Positions 1 to 10,429 of a stretch of 64,000 nucleotides of DNA are shown here, piece after piece. The stretch is from Octopus sinensis. Its lineage: Eukaryota. The stretch lies in the NCBI RefSeq assembly GCF_006345805.1, contig NC_043020.1, positions 15,624,001 to 15,688,000 on the forward strand. Reading direction: 5' to 3'. Numbering within the stretch: the stretch's first letter is position 1; each line of letters opens with the position of its first letter. A program made the translations under genes and the position numbers. A model generated the notes under the pieces. That model saw nothing but the letters and a program-made list of their open reading frames with translations, was not told the DNA's origin and made no database searches.

Positions 1-108
1 GATAGAATAAATACTAGGCTTACAAAGAATAAGTCCTAGGGTTGATTTGCTTGACTAAAGGCAGTACTCCTCCATGGCCACAGTCAAATGACTGAAACAA
101 GTAAAAAA
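1..108 (+). mobile_element. SINE family A, 3' tail fragment
   Basis: GATAGAATAAATACTAGGCTTACAAAGAATAAGTCC...ATGACTGAAACAAGTAAAA, shared with more than 20 copies in the window. Confidence 0.85.
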
Positions 109-110
109 GT

Positions 111-340
111 CTTGTGGTTAGTAGCCCATGCTCTTAACTCCAAGATTCCGAGTTTGATTCCAGGCAGTGACCTGAATAAAAATAATAACAATAACATTGA
201 AAAATACCTTAGGAATGAGAACCCAGGTTCAAAATTTCCCCAAGACACCTGAAGAAGGCTGGAGGGTATATCAGCCGAAACGTTGTGTTAACAACAAGCA
301 AGATGAGGACAAATATCCGTCAAATGTAAATAATGTATGC
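111..340 (+). mobile_element. Family G element (tRNA-like head plus hammerhead tail), collapsed inverted-twin copy
   Basis: 111-148 is the reverse complement of the head; it is followed by the forward B-box region, an AAT run, GAGAACCCAGG, the hammerhead and the GATGAGGACAAATATCCGTCAAATG tail, as at 58114-58360. Confidence 0.75.
244..289 (+). ncRNA. Minimal type I hammerhead ribozyme, Penelope-type
   Basis: GACAC-CUGAAGA-A-GGCUG/CAGCC-GAAA-CG-UU-GUGUU; 5-bp stems I and II, palindromic AACGUU stem III. Confidence 0.75.
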
Positions 341-689
341 TCAATGATATTTTTAACATGGACCTTTCTATGACCCCTATCCATTAAAGCCAATTGATGT
401 TCTTGCTTCCTTAGTAGCCCATCTCTCACTTGCATAAAAGTGAGCATTTAGGAAGGTACTATTGAAGAGTCTGGTTTTGTTCAGCTTTGCTTTGAGTACA
501 TCCTTTATTGTACTAAATATATATATATATATAAATATTACCAAAAAGACTACAGAATGGCCCTGGCTGGAACACTTTTGAACATAGGTCAGCTAGATCA
601 GGGCTGACCTGTGGCTAAACAACAACAGCAACTACGACAAGATCAATATTGCTTCATTATCATCATTTAGTAAAAATACATTAAAATGT

Positions 690-1015
690 AAATGTTTCAT
701 AGTTAAGTTAGAAAACCAAGCGAAAAATATTAAAATAATAAAACTACAAATATAGAAATAGAAAAGAAAAACAATGCAAAAAACCCCAAAAAACAAACAA
801 ATCTAAGGCAAAATGTAAACAAATATTAATGAGGGACTGAAACTAATTATAAATGTAAATGAAACACAAGTAAATTAGGCATAAACAAAAATAGAAGAGC
901 AACATAAAATGCAATGTAAACATAAACATCATAAACAAACAGAAAAATTGTTTCAGGAAAAAATAACAAAACAAGAAAAAAAAACCCAAATGCAGGAAAA
1001 GAACCAAAAGACAAA
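690..1015. repeat. A-rich low-complexity tract
   Basis: A-dominated runs with scattered C, no ORF. Confidence 0.7.
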
Positions 1016-1019
1016 GAAG

Positions 1020-1680
1020 TGGGAGTTGGAGATTGGGGGTGGAAGAGTCGGTGGTAGTGGTGGTGGGATCGGGTGCAGATGAAGGATGGCTGCGGTGGCG
1101 GTGGTGGTGATGGTTAGATTGGGGTGGGGTAGGAGAGCCAGGTGGGGGTGCTGGATGTGGGTGCGAGGGTGGGTGGGGATGAAGGATGGCTGCGGTGGCG
1201 GTGGTGGTGATGGTTAGATTGGGGGATGGGGAAGTCAGGCGGTGGTGGTGGTGGTAGCCATGGCAGTGGATTGCAATGGGGTGGGAGAGTCAAGTGGGGG
1301 TGGTGGATGTGGGTGCGAGGGTAGGTGGGAATGAAGGATGGCTGCGGTGGCGGTGGTGGTGATGGTTAGATTGGGGGAAGTTAGGAGGTGGTGGTGGTAG
1401 CCATGGCAGTGGATTGGGGTTGGGTGGGAGAGTTAAGTGGGGGTGGTGGATGTGGGTGCTAGGGTGGGTTTATTATTATCGTTTTCTTGAGTTGGAGTGG
1501 AAGATTGGGGGTGGACAAGTCAGGGGTAGTAGTGGGATCGGGTGGGGATTTAGGATGGCTGTGGTGGGGTTGTGGTAATGGTTAGATTGGTGGTGGGGGA
1601 AGTTAGGTGGCGGTGGTGGTGGTAGCCTTGGCAGTGGATTGGGGTGGGGTCGGAGAGTCAAGTGGGGGGGTGGATGTTAA
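1020..1680. repeat. G-rich degenerate minisatellite
   Basis: Recurring GATGAAGGATGGCTGCGGTGGCGGTGGTGGTGATGGTTAGATTGGGG (about 1078, 1179, 1331, variant 1551) and GGTAGCCATGGCAGTGGATTG modules. Confidence 0.8.
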
Positions 1681-1749
1681 GGTGAGGCAAACGGAGATAT
1701 TTGAATATTGTCTTTTAATGAAATAATAAGTGTTGTGCAGGGTGGGTGG

Positions 1750-1943
1750 GTGTGTATCAGCGTGGGTGTGCGTGGGGGGGGGGGGGAGCGGAGGGAGAAC
1801 AGGAGGGAAGTGGAAGATCTGGGAGGTAGTTAGCAGAGAGTGGTGAAGGAAGAGTTGGTAGAGAGAGAGAGAGAAGGGTGAGATAGTGAGTACGAAGAGG
1901 AAGGAGAGAACGAGAAAAAGAAAGGAGATAGATAGATAGAGAT

Positions 1944-1996
<53 letters not shown>

Positions 1997-2091
1997 AGGT
2001 AAAGGTAATAATGAGAGATAAAGAGGGGTGAAGCAAAGAGAGATGGAAAGAGAAAGGGACAGAATGAAGAGAGATAAAGGGTGGGATGGAG

Positions 2092-2122
<31 letters not shown>

Positions 2123-2236
2123 TAATATCTATATATATCTATCTATTTATGTGTGTGTGTATATAGGTGAGAGATAATGAATTATATAATAAGGAGAAGA
2201 TATGTAAGGAGAGGAAGAGAAAGAGAGAAATTTTCC

Positions 2237-2267
<31 letters not shown>

Positions 2268-2423
2268 TATATATATATATTTATAGGGAGAGAGAGATAA
2301 ATATATAGATGTGTGTCTATCAATTTATCTATTAGTGTGTGTGTGTATGTGTGTGTGTGTATAGGAAAGAGAGAATTAGGCTGAGAGAGATCAACCGATT
2401 TTACGAAGATGGTAAGAAGAGAC

Positions 2424-2459
<36 letters not shown>

Positions 2460-2755
2460 AGAGAGACAGAGGGGAGAGAGACTGAGAGAGAAGAATGGTG
2501 TGTGTGTGTGCATGTATTTTTTGAGTATATAATTGAGAATGTGCATGTGTGTGTGTGAGAGAGAGAGAAAAAGGGAGATGAGGAGAGGAACAGGAGAGGG
2601 AAGAGAAGAGTGAAAAAGAAGGAGAGGAAGAGAGAAATACAGAGAAAGTGGGAGAGAGAGAGAGATTGGGTGGGAGTGGGGGAGAGAGATAAATACAACT
2701 ACACCACCACCACCACCACCACCACCACCACCACCACCACCACCACCACCACCTC
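1750..2755. repeat. Compound (GA)n/(TA)n/(TG)n/(ACC)n microsatellite block
   Basis: Directly visible; (ACC)n at about 2701-2752. Confidence 0.9.
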
Positions 2756-3051
2756 GCAAGTACAACAGAACAGCTGTAGATTGGCTGGACACCGAAACAA
2801 GGCAGTCAATTTGACTTGTTGCACAATTGCTAAAGATTTCATTACAGTATTGATTGAGGCCGCGCATACATACAGTTCCAGCGACAGTAGAGAGAGAGAG
2901 AGAGAGCAATTGGAAGACCGCAGAGCTCCTTCTCACACCAGGGTGGTGGGAGATTGTTTAAGATTAGGCAACATGGTGGTAGTGGTGAAGGGTGGTGGTT
3001 GGGGGAACATAGGGCTATATTGTATGTGTGTGTGATGTTGAGTAATAAGAG

Positions 3052-3210
3052 CAGCGTGGCTGTGCGGTAAGAAGTTTGATTCCCAACCCCATGGTTCTGG
3101 GTTCAGTCCCACTGCGTGGCACCTTGGGAAAATGTCTTCTACTATAGCCTCGGCGGCTCAATCAAAGCCTTGTGAGTGGATTTGGTAGATGGAAACTTAA
3201 AAAAGCACAT

Positions 3211-3256
<46 letters not shown>

Positions 3257-3480
3257 ATATCTGTGTAAGTGTGTGTGTGTGGGGGGGTCCCTCACCACAG
3301 CTTGACAACAGGTGTTGGTCTGTTTATGTTCCCTGAACTTAGCAGTTCAGCAAAAGTGACCAATGAAATTAGTACCAAGCTTTAAAACAAGTACAGAGAT
3401 TGATTTGTTCGACAAAACCCTTTAAAGTGGTGCCCCAGCATGGCCAAAGCCCAATGACTGAAACAAGTAAAAGACAAAAG
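3052..3480 (+). mobile_element. SINE family A (tRNA head, CORE-like domain, internal TA/TG microsatellite)
   Basis: GGCTGTGCGGTAAG head, GGTTCAGTCCC B box, CACCTTGGG CORE-like motif, CTGAAACAAGTAAAAGA tail. Confidence 0.85.
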
Positions 3481-3618
3481 GTATATCTATCTATCTGTGC
3501 ATGTATGCATGTGTATATATATATATAGGGAAAGTTTCCAAAAAAAAACAAAAGACGAAGGCGGGTGGTGTACAAAACAAACAGATGTATCAGTATAGTG
3601 CTCAGGAATAGAAAAAGT

Positions 3619-3654
3619 CTTTTACATTTCGAGCCTACGCTCTTCTACAGAAAG
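3619..3654 (-). ncRNA. Degenerate hammerhead-like motif
   Basis: Minus strand CUUU-CUGUAGA-A-GAGC/GCUC-GAAA-UG-UA-AAAG; core deviates at position 6. Confidence 0.35.
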
Positions 3655-3810
3655 GTACACAGAAAAAACAAGGAGAGAAAAAAATGTGTGTAGTGGCTAA
3701 CAAGATATATATATATATATATATATAAATAATAAATATTAGGAATATATCCAAATTTACAGGGAAAAAAAATCAGATTTAGGATTAAATCCAATTTTAT
3801 AGTAAAATAT

Positions 3811-3999
3811 TATAAAATATTATTTGAGACAAAACCACTATTTTGCAAAACAAACAAGGAAAGACTTAATCAATACATAAAATTTAATAAATAGTCAAAA
3901 AAACCGCCACTACAATCGTTTTTTTGACTATTTATTAATTTATGTATTGATTAAGTCTTTCCTTGTTTGTTTTGCAAAATAGTGGTTTTGTCTCAAATA

Positions 4000-4009
<10 letters not shown>
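3811..4009. repeat. Long inverted repeat, about 93-bp arms and 13-nt loop, next to (TA)n
   Basis: 3811-3904 is a near-perfect reverse complement of 3918-4009. Confidence 0.9.
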
Positions 4010-4039
<30 letters not shown>

Positions 4040-4054
4040 CTGTATGTATATATA

Positions 4055-4494
4055 CAGGGTATGGCAGAAGTAACACCTTTTTTTTGCATTTAGTAACTTG
4101 TATAGTATAAGGCAGAAACGTTAGCACCCAGGTGAAATGCTTAGCGCTATTTTGTGTGTATTTATGGTGTGAGTTCAAATTCTGCCGAGGTCGACTTTAT
4201 CTTTCATTCTTTTGGGGTAGATGAATTAAGTACCAGTTGCGTACTGGAGTTGATCTAATAGACTGGCCCCCGCCCCGAAAGTTTCGGGCCTTATGCCTAG
4301 AGTAGAAAAGAATAACTTGTATAGTATATAAATGTTTATTAAGTAACTTTTTATTGGACACAAATTTATTGCGTTACTTAAAGAAATGAATAATAAAGTA
4401 ATTAAAAAATCAAAGAAGTTTTAGGATATAAAAAAGAAACTCAATCAAAAACTAGAAAACTCAGATACAAAAGGGTGTTACTTCTGCTGCACCA
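4055..4494. mobile_element. Tc1/mariner-like MITE with imperfect TIRs, interrupted by a SINE
   Basis: TA|CAGGGTATGGCAGAAGTAACACCTTT versus AAGGGTGTTACTTCTGCTGCACC. Confidence 0.55.
4110..4312 (+). mobile_element. SINE family B2 with 16-bp TSD
   Basis: TSD TAACTTGTATAGTATA at 4094-4109 and 4313-4328; body has the GAGTTCAAATT B box and a GTCGACTTT...CATTCTTTTGGGGTAGAT core. Confidence 0.85.
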
Positions 4495-4639
4495 TTTCTT
4501 TTATACTTTTACTTGTTTCAGTCATTTGACTGCGGCCATGCTGGAGCACCGCCTTTAGTCGGGCAAATCGACCCCAGGACTGTTGAGGGTTATGTTGAAT
4601 GTCAACAGTACATCCATTTCTGTTTTTCAAAACATTACT

Positions 4640-5310
4640 GGCTCTGTCGTTAATATATATATTTTTAAACTAGGTAACTGGCTAATTGCCTGTTCTGATA
4701 CTTTTTTCTATATATTGCTGGTGGGGAGATGAGTTGTAGCAGTTGAACATCCATCACTGACCAAACCAAGAAAGGTCGAAATCACTTGATCTAGTGGTCT
4801 TAACACAGGAGGCGGCCAAGATTTACCTCGCTGCTAGTGAGGTAAATCACAAGAGTATATTCTGCACCAAAAGTCAATGTAAAAGTTTCTCTCGTGGCAT
4901 ATATTGCAGTATAGTTTGTTCTAACAGAACATCCACATCTAAGTGGAGATAAATATTACTTTTCAGTATTAATACTACCTCTGTTGCTAATATATATATT
5001 TCTGACTAGCTCACTGGTTAATCATGACGCCAGTACCTGTTCTGGCACTGTTATTCCATATATTGCTGGTGTGGAGATGAATTGCTGCTATATCTAGCAG
5101 TTGAGTGTCCACCATTGACAAGATCTAGGAAGGTTGAAACCACATGATCCAGTAGTCTCAGCACAGGAGTTGTCAGGGATTTATCTCTCCACTAGTGATA
5201 TAAACAAGAGTGCATTTTACACCAAAACCCATTATGAGAGTTTCTCTCATGGTATCTACAACAGTATAGCTTGTTCTAACAGAACATCCATGTTGAAGTG
5301 GGGTTAAATA
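4640..5310. repeat. Diverged tandem duplication, unit about 350 bp
   Basis: ATTGCTGGTG(G/T)GGAGATGA at about 4714 and 5062; GTTCTAACAGAACATCCA at about 4918 and 5273. Confidence 0.75.
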
Positions 5311-5954
5311 TTATAAATATTATCTCTCATAGTTTTTAAAGTGTCTTCTATGACACAAGAGATTTTACTACAAATATTTTCATTTTTTATCTAAGATCAC
5401 GGAATTCCTGTACAAGCATTTCTGTACAAGCAACCTTCATAACACATTCCTGCAGATTCCCAAATGTAACCAACTATGGTTACATTCTTGGCCAACCCGA
5501 TGTCTCCTGTCGGTCATGCTCCTCAAGCATCCCTTCCATAGTGTCCTATAAGAAGCCGCTGTCTTAATACTCTCCTGCTGAATTCCCAAGAATGACCAAC
5601 TGAGACTGTAGTTATTATTCAACCATCCTGTTCCTAGTCTAGCCCAAGGTTTTCTGCTGAATGGCTCACCATGAAGAATCCATCTTGCAATTCTTCCCAG
5701 TGACATTCTAATCCCATAACCACAGTACCAGAGCTGACCTGGAGAAACTCCAATCTCCAAGCTATACACCCTGTTGAGTAATGTTACTCTAGGGTCCTTT
5801 GGAGGAATCCCATTCGGGATGCCATGAAGTCCCTATTCAAATGCCCAGATGTTTGTGTTTGGGTAAATCACCCTAAGTCGAAAACCTATCAATGGGGGTG
5901 CTGGATTTGGCAGGGGCATGTATTGTTGCCTCACCTTTTCACCATTATTATGAA

Positions 5955-6190
5955 CTGGCCACAAAAAGGCACCCATGCTGGTGCCATGTAAAAATACTTG
6001 TGCTGGTGCGACATAAAGAACACCTAGTACACCCTGTAAAATGGTCAGCATCAGGAAGAACATCCGGCCGTAGAGACTATGCCATAGAAACAGATGACTG
6101 GAGCCTGTGCAGCCCTCTGGTTAACCAGTTCCTGTCAAACTGTCCAACCCATGCCACCATGGAAAATGTCCATTAAATGATGATGATGAG
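5955..6190 (+). mobile_element. RTE LINE 3'UTR copy (family C)
   Basis: GGAAGAACATCCGGCCGTAGA...CCAACCCATGCC...ATGGAAAATG..ATTAAATGATGATG tail. Confidence 0.75.
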
Positions 6191-6261
6191 ATGATGAAGA
6201 TTGAATGTGCAGCTGTTGTGAAAGTAATATCATAACTGGTAAAGACAGGGAAACTACATAT

Positions 6262-6660
6262 ACTCTTTTACTTGTTTCAGTCATTTGACTGTGGCCATGC
6301 TGGAGCACCACTTTTTAGTCGAGCAAATCGACCCCGGGACTTATTCTTTGTAAGCCCAGTACTTATTCTATCGGTCTCTTTTGCTGAACCACTAAGTGAC
6401 GGGGACGTAAACACACCAGCATTGGTTGTCAAGCAATGCTAGGGGGACAAACACAGACACACAAATACACACACATACATATATATATACATATTTATGA
6501 CGGGCTTCTTTCAGTTTCTGTCTACCAAATCCACTCACTAGGCATTGGTCGGCCGGAGGCTATAGTAGAAGACACTTGCCCAAGATGCCACGCAGTGGGA
6601 CTGAACCCGGAACCATGTGGTTGGTTAGCAAGCTACTTACCACACAGCCACTCCTACGCC
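6262..6660 (-). mobile_element. SINE family A, full length
   Basis: Reverse complement of the family A consensus from head to tail. Confidence 0.9.
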
Positions 6661-6699
6661 TATATATATATTATTATATTATAAACTACATATATATAA

Positions 6700-6990
6700 A
6701 TATATGGTTAGGGCAGCGGACTTGCAGTTGTAGGATCGCGGTTTTGATACCTAGACCGGGCGTTATGAGTGTTAATTGAGCGAAAACACCTAAAGCTCCA
6801 CGAGGCTCTGGCAGGGGATGGTGGCGATCCCTGATGTACTCTTTCGCCAGAACTTTCTCTCACTCTTTCTTCTGTTGGCCTGCTCACTTAGTCAGTGGGG
6901 TGGCATCATTTGCAGGCTAAAACAATGCGAAGCGTATTGTGACCAGCGATGTGTAGCAACATCCGATGGCCTGGTCGGTCACGGTGATAT
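6700..6990 (+). mobile_element. tRNA-headed SINE related to the family F head
   Basis: GGTTAGGGCAGCGGACTTGC...AGACCGGGCG...AAACACCTAAAGCTCCA, similar to 17025-17125. Confidence 0.6.
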
Positions 6991-7442
6991 ATATATATAT
7001 ATATATATATTAGTAATCAGAATTAATTTTCTGATTACTAATGCTTGTATGAGCGTGTGTACTCGTGCCATGCTGCTTGCCCGAAGGTGTTTATACATCC
7101 ATATCGGTTAATGGTTATTTTTAATACTTTTCTCACTGGATTAAGTGTTCATTTCTCTTTTTGTCTTCTGCAATTTTATTTTTGGATCTTCTATATATAT
7201 GAAGAATTTTCCTCTGTCTCGCTATTTTTCTCTCTGCAAAACGAAGAGTTGCATTATGGAACTGTCATTTTAAAGAGATTTTAAAAATTTATTTATCACC
7301 CAACGTGATACGTCTACACTACCGGATGCTTCTGTACCAGTTTTTGTGTGTCCCACAAGAGGAGCCGATGCTGGATGTGTCGAAATAATTGTTGTGATTA
7401 ATAATATATCTCATATATTCCATCTTCTGTCTTTTATTTGTT

Positions 7443-7497
<55 letters not shown>

Positions 7498-7524
7498 CGA
7501 AATCGAATTGAACCAGCCAGGATC

Positions 7525-7850
7525 CCTGGTCTGGTGGTACGTAAAAAGCACTATCCGACTCGTGGCCGATGCCAGCACCGCCTCGACTGGCTTCCGTGCC
7601 GGTGGCACATAAAATACACCAATCCGACCATGGCCGTTGCCAGCCTCGCCTGGCACCTGTGCAGGTGGCACGTAAAAAGCACCCACTACACTCACGGAGT
7701 GGTTGGCGTTAGGAAGGGCATCCAGCTGTAGAAACATTGCCAGATAAGACTGGAGCCTAGTGCAGCCTTCTGGCTTCCCAGATCCCCGGTCGAACCGTCC
7801 AACCCATGCTAGCATGGAGAACGGACGTTAAACGATGATGATGATGATGA

Positions 7851-7852
<2 letters not shown>
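7525..7852 (+). mobile_element. RTE LINE 3'UTR copy (family C)
   Basis: Internal GTGGCACGTAAAAAGCAC repeats, GGTTGGCGTTAGGAAGGGCATCC, (GAT)n tail. Confidence 0.85.
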
Positions 7853-7899
<47 letters not shown>

Positions 7900-8172
7900 T
7901 AATAATAAGGGTTTTTTGCAACAAGTTGCTTAAACCACATACCGAAAATATTAGAAATAGCAGTCAAAGGATTACTATTTCTTTTACTACAAAAATAAGT
8001 CTCCACAGACAACAATATTTGTAACTCACATATGGCAAAAGAAGAAGGCAAACAACGAAACCACACAGTCTTCGGATTAATTATGGATGCACGTTTCTGG
8101 ATTAGAATTGTAAAGTTCCTTTCCTTATAAAACATAATATTTCCCATAAATCTAGAAATATATATATATATA

Positions 8173-8505
8173 TAATTGTTATCGCCATATTAATATGGCA
8201 GTCTTAAAGATATAAGACTAAAAGCTGTCGCTGATTAGCTCCATGAGGCCATCGCCTTAAGATAGCTATTTGACACACAAACTGTGTCCATTATAACCAA
8301 GGGAGGTCAGCCGCTTCACACTGCTAGTCAGACAGCTACAGACGCGTTTCAGGGTATTTGCCCTTTGTCAATGTTCGAAGGTTATAATGGACACAGTTTG
8401 TGTGTCAAATAGCTATCTTAAGGTGATGGCCTCATGGAGCTAATCAGCGACAGCTTTTAGTCTTATATCTATAAGACTGCCATATTAATATGGCGATAAC
8501 AATTA
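8173..8505. repeat. Inverted repeat, 126-bp arms around an 81-bp loop, next to (TA)n
   Basis: 8173-8298 versus 8380-8505, about 2 mismatches. Confidence 0.92.
8338..8374 (-). ncRNA. Minimal type I hammerhead ribozyme, U3:A8 variant
   Basis: Minus strand ACA-UUGACAA-AGGG/CCCU-GAAA-CGCG-UC-UGU; palindromic ACGCGU stem III. Confidence 0.65.
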
Positions 8506-8562
8506 ATTTCCAGTAATGCTGCCGTAATCTCTTTTAGAGAGACTTAGTAATTTTAATATTTC

Positions 8563-8615
<53 letters not shown>

Positions 8616-8951
8616 ATAGCATACAAGATGAACTAAATATATCTCAGTAATAGAATGGATGAGTAAGTGAATTACCCTGCCAGGGCATATTCCTGGTATA
8701 ACAGGAATTTCAGACCTTGACACACCTGAATTACTGGTATAGAAGGAATAGAGAAACCCTAAATTAAAACTGAAGTTAACTGAGTACAAATCAGACAGTC
8801 AGAATAAAGATTCCTCACAGCAGTATCAGTTCATATGCATGGAGATAGGATGTTCTTTAGAATTAATTTTCTGATTTCTTTTACAATGAATCAAACCTCA
8901 TCAGAATCGGGCAGGTTTGGAAAAGAAAAGACAATGGCGTAGGATGTTCAC

Positions 8952-9358
8952 AGGCGCAGGAGTGGCTGTGTGGTAAGTAGCTTGCTTACCAACCACATGG
9001 TTTCAGGTTCAGTTCCACTGCGTGGCATCTTGGGCAAGTGTCTTCTGCTATAGCCTCGGGCCGACCAATGCCTTGTGAGTGGATTTGGTAGACGGAAACT
9101 GAAAGAAGCCTGTCAGATATATGTATATATATACATGTATGTGTGTGTGTATGTTTGTGTGTCTGTGTTTGTCCCCCTAGCATTGCTTAACAACCGATGC
9201 TGGTGTGTTTATGTCCCCGTCACTTAGCGGTTCGGCAAAAAGAGACCGATAGAATAAGTACTGGGCTTACAAAGAATAAGTCCCGGGGTCGAGTTGCTTG
9301 ATTAAAGGCGGTGCTCCAGCATGGCCACAGTCAAATGACTAAAACAAGTAAAAGAGTA
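8952..9358 (+). mobile_element. SINE family A, full length
   Basis: GGCGCAGGAGTGGCTGTGTGGTAAG...AAACAAGTAAAAGAG. Confidence 0.9.
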
Positions 9359-9908
9359 ACTGTAGGAATAAGAATATTCTGATGACAATCAATGGCAATT
9401 TGATAAAATTTATCCTGAAGATGATTTAGCATCAGTTGATGAATATGGGAAATTTGAAGATGAAGACAAAATGGGAGAGGATGGTCAGATTTCATAAACT
9501 GAAAGTGAAAAATAATTTATCACAAAAAGAGGAAGATTGGCGCCACACCAAAGTGCAATACTGGAGTTTGACTGAAGAATTGTCAATTTTAATTAGGAAC
9601 CACAGTTTTTATGTGTTTGTGCCAAGTTGTTTTAAAAACAATGTCTTTCTGCTTGTAGAGTGTGCAGTATTGGCTGAAGATCTCTGGTCCAGATATTGAG
9701 TTATATCCCCTTGGTTAGAGATTACAGGGTTTAAAAAAAATTAAGTTATAAAATACAACATAATTTTGTTACACTTCACCACAAACTAACACTTAGAATC
9801 TATTACAAAACCACCAGATTTAAAGAAAAAAACCCCTTATCAACATGAAACCACAAAACTGCAAAATACAATGTATTTCAGGTAGACAATGTAATATATT
9901 AACTGGAA

Positions 9909-10330
9909 TTAGTTAGTTAGTTAGTTAATTTGGCTCAAAAGCAAATAGCAAGGCCATGTAGGGGGGCATGGAGTTAAGTACAGGGTGGTGTTCATGTAAA
10001 GAGTTCAGGCCACTTGAGGTCCAGGGAGGCTTTGAACAAAGCGGTCGTCGGCATCTTCACCATCTCGTCTGGCAGCTTGTTCCACGGATCCGCAACCCGG
10101 ACGGAGAAAGCTCCTCTCCTTCGATTGAGATGAAATCGTCGCAGGTAGAGCTTTTCGGAATGACCCCGCAGCCGACGCTCTGGAGCAGGAGTGAAGAACA
10201 GCTCTTTTGAGAGGTTACACTTTCTGCTTATGATGTTGTGGGCGAGAATGAGATCACCACGGCGGCGGCGTTTTTCAAGAGAATAAAGGTCAAGCGTCCT
10301 CAGCCTTTCTTCGTAGGACAAATTTTTGGT
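9909..10330 (-). mobile_element. CR1-clade LINE, 5'-truncated 3' fragment
   Basis: ORF 9992-10363 contains LSYEERLRTLDLYSLEKRRRRGDLI...LRGHSEKL...FSVRVADPWNKLP, the CR1 C-terminal signature; (AACT)n tail. Confidence 0.9.
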
Positions 10331-10429
10331 AACATGAAAGGTGTAAACTGTCATATTGGACACACAAGCTCAATACTTTCAGGAGCCATTTCAGCACATT
10401 ACAATGACATCATCATCATCATTGTTATC

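Noticed and set aside
1757-3035. ORFs of 95-181 aa (SLSLSL, poly-G, poly-T)
   Set aside because: They are translations of (GA)n, (TA)n and (ACC)n microsatellites.
5400-5950. Possible LTR or LINE coding remnant
   Set aside because: All frames are interrupted and I recognise no diagnostic motif.
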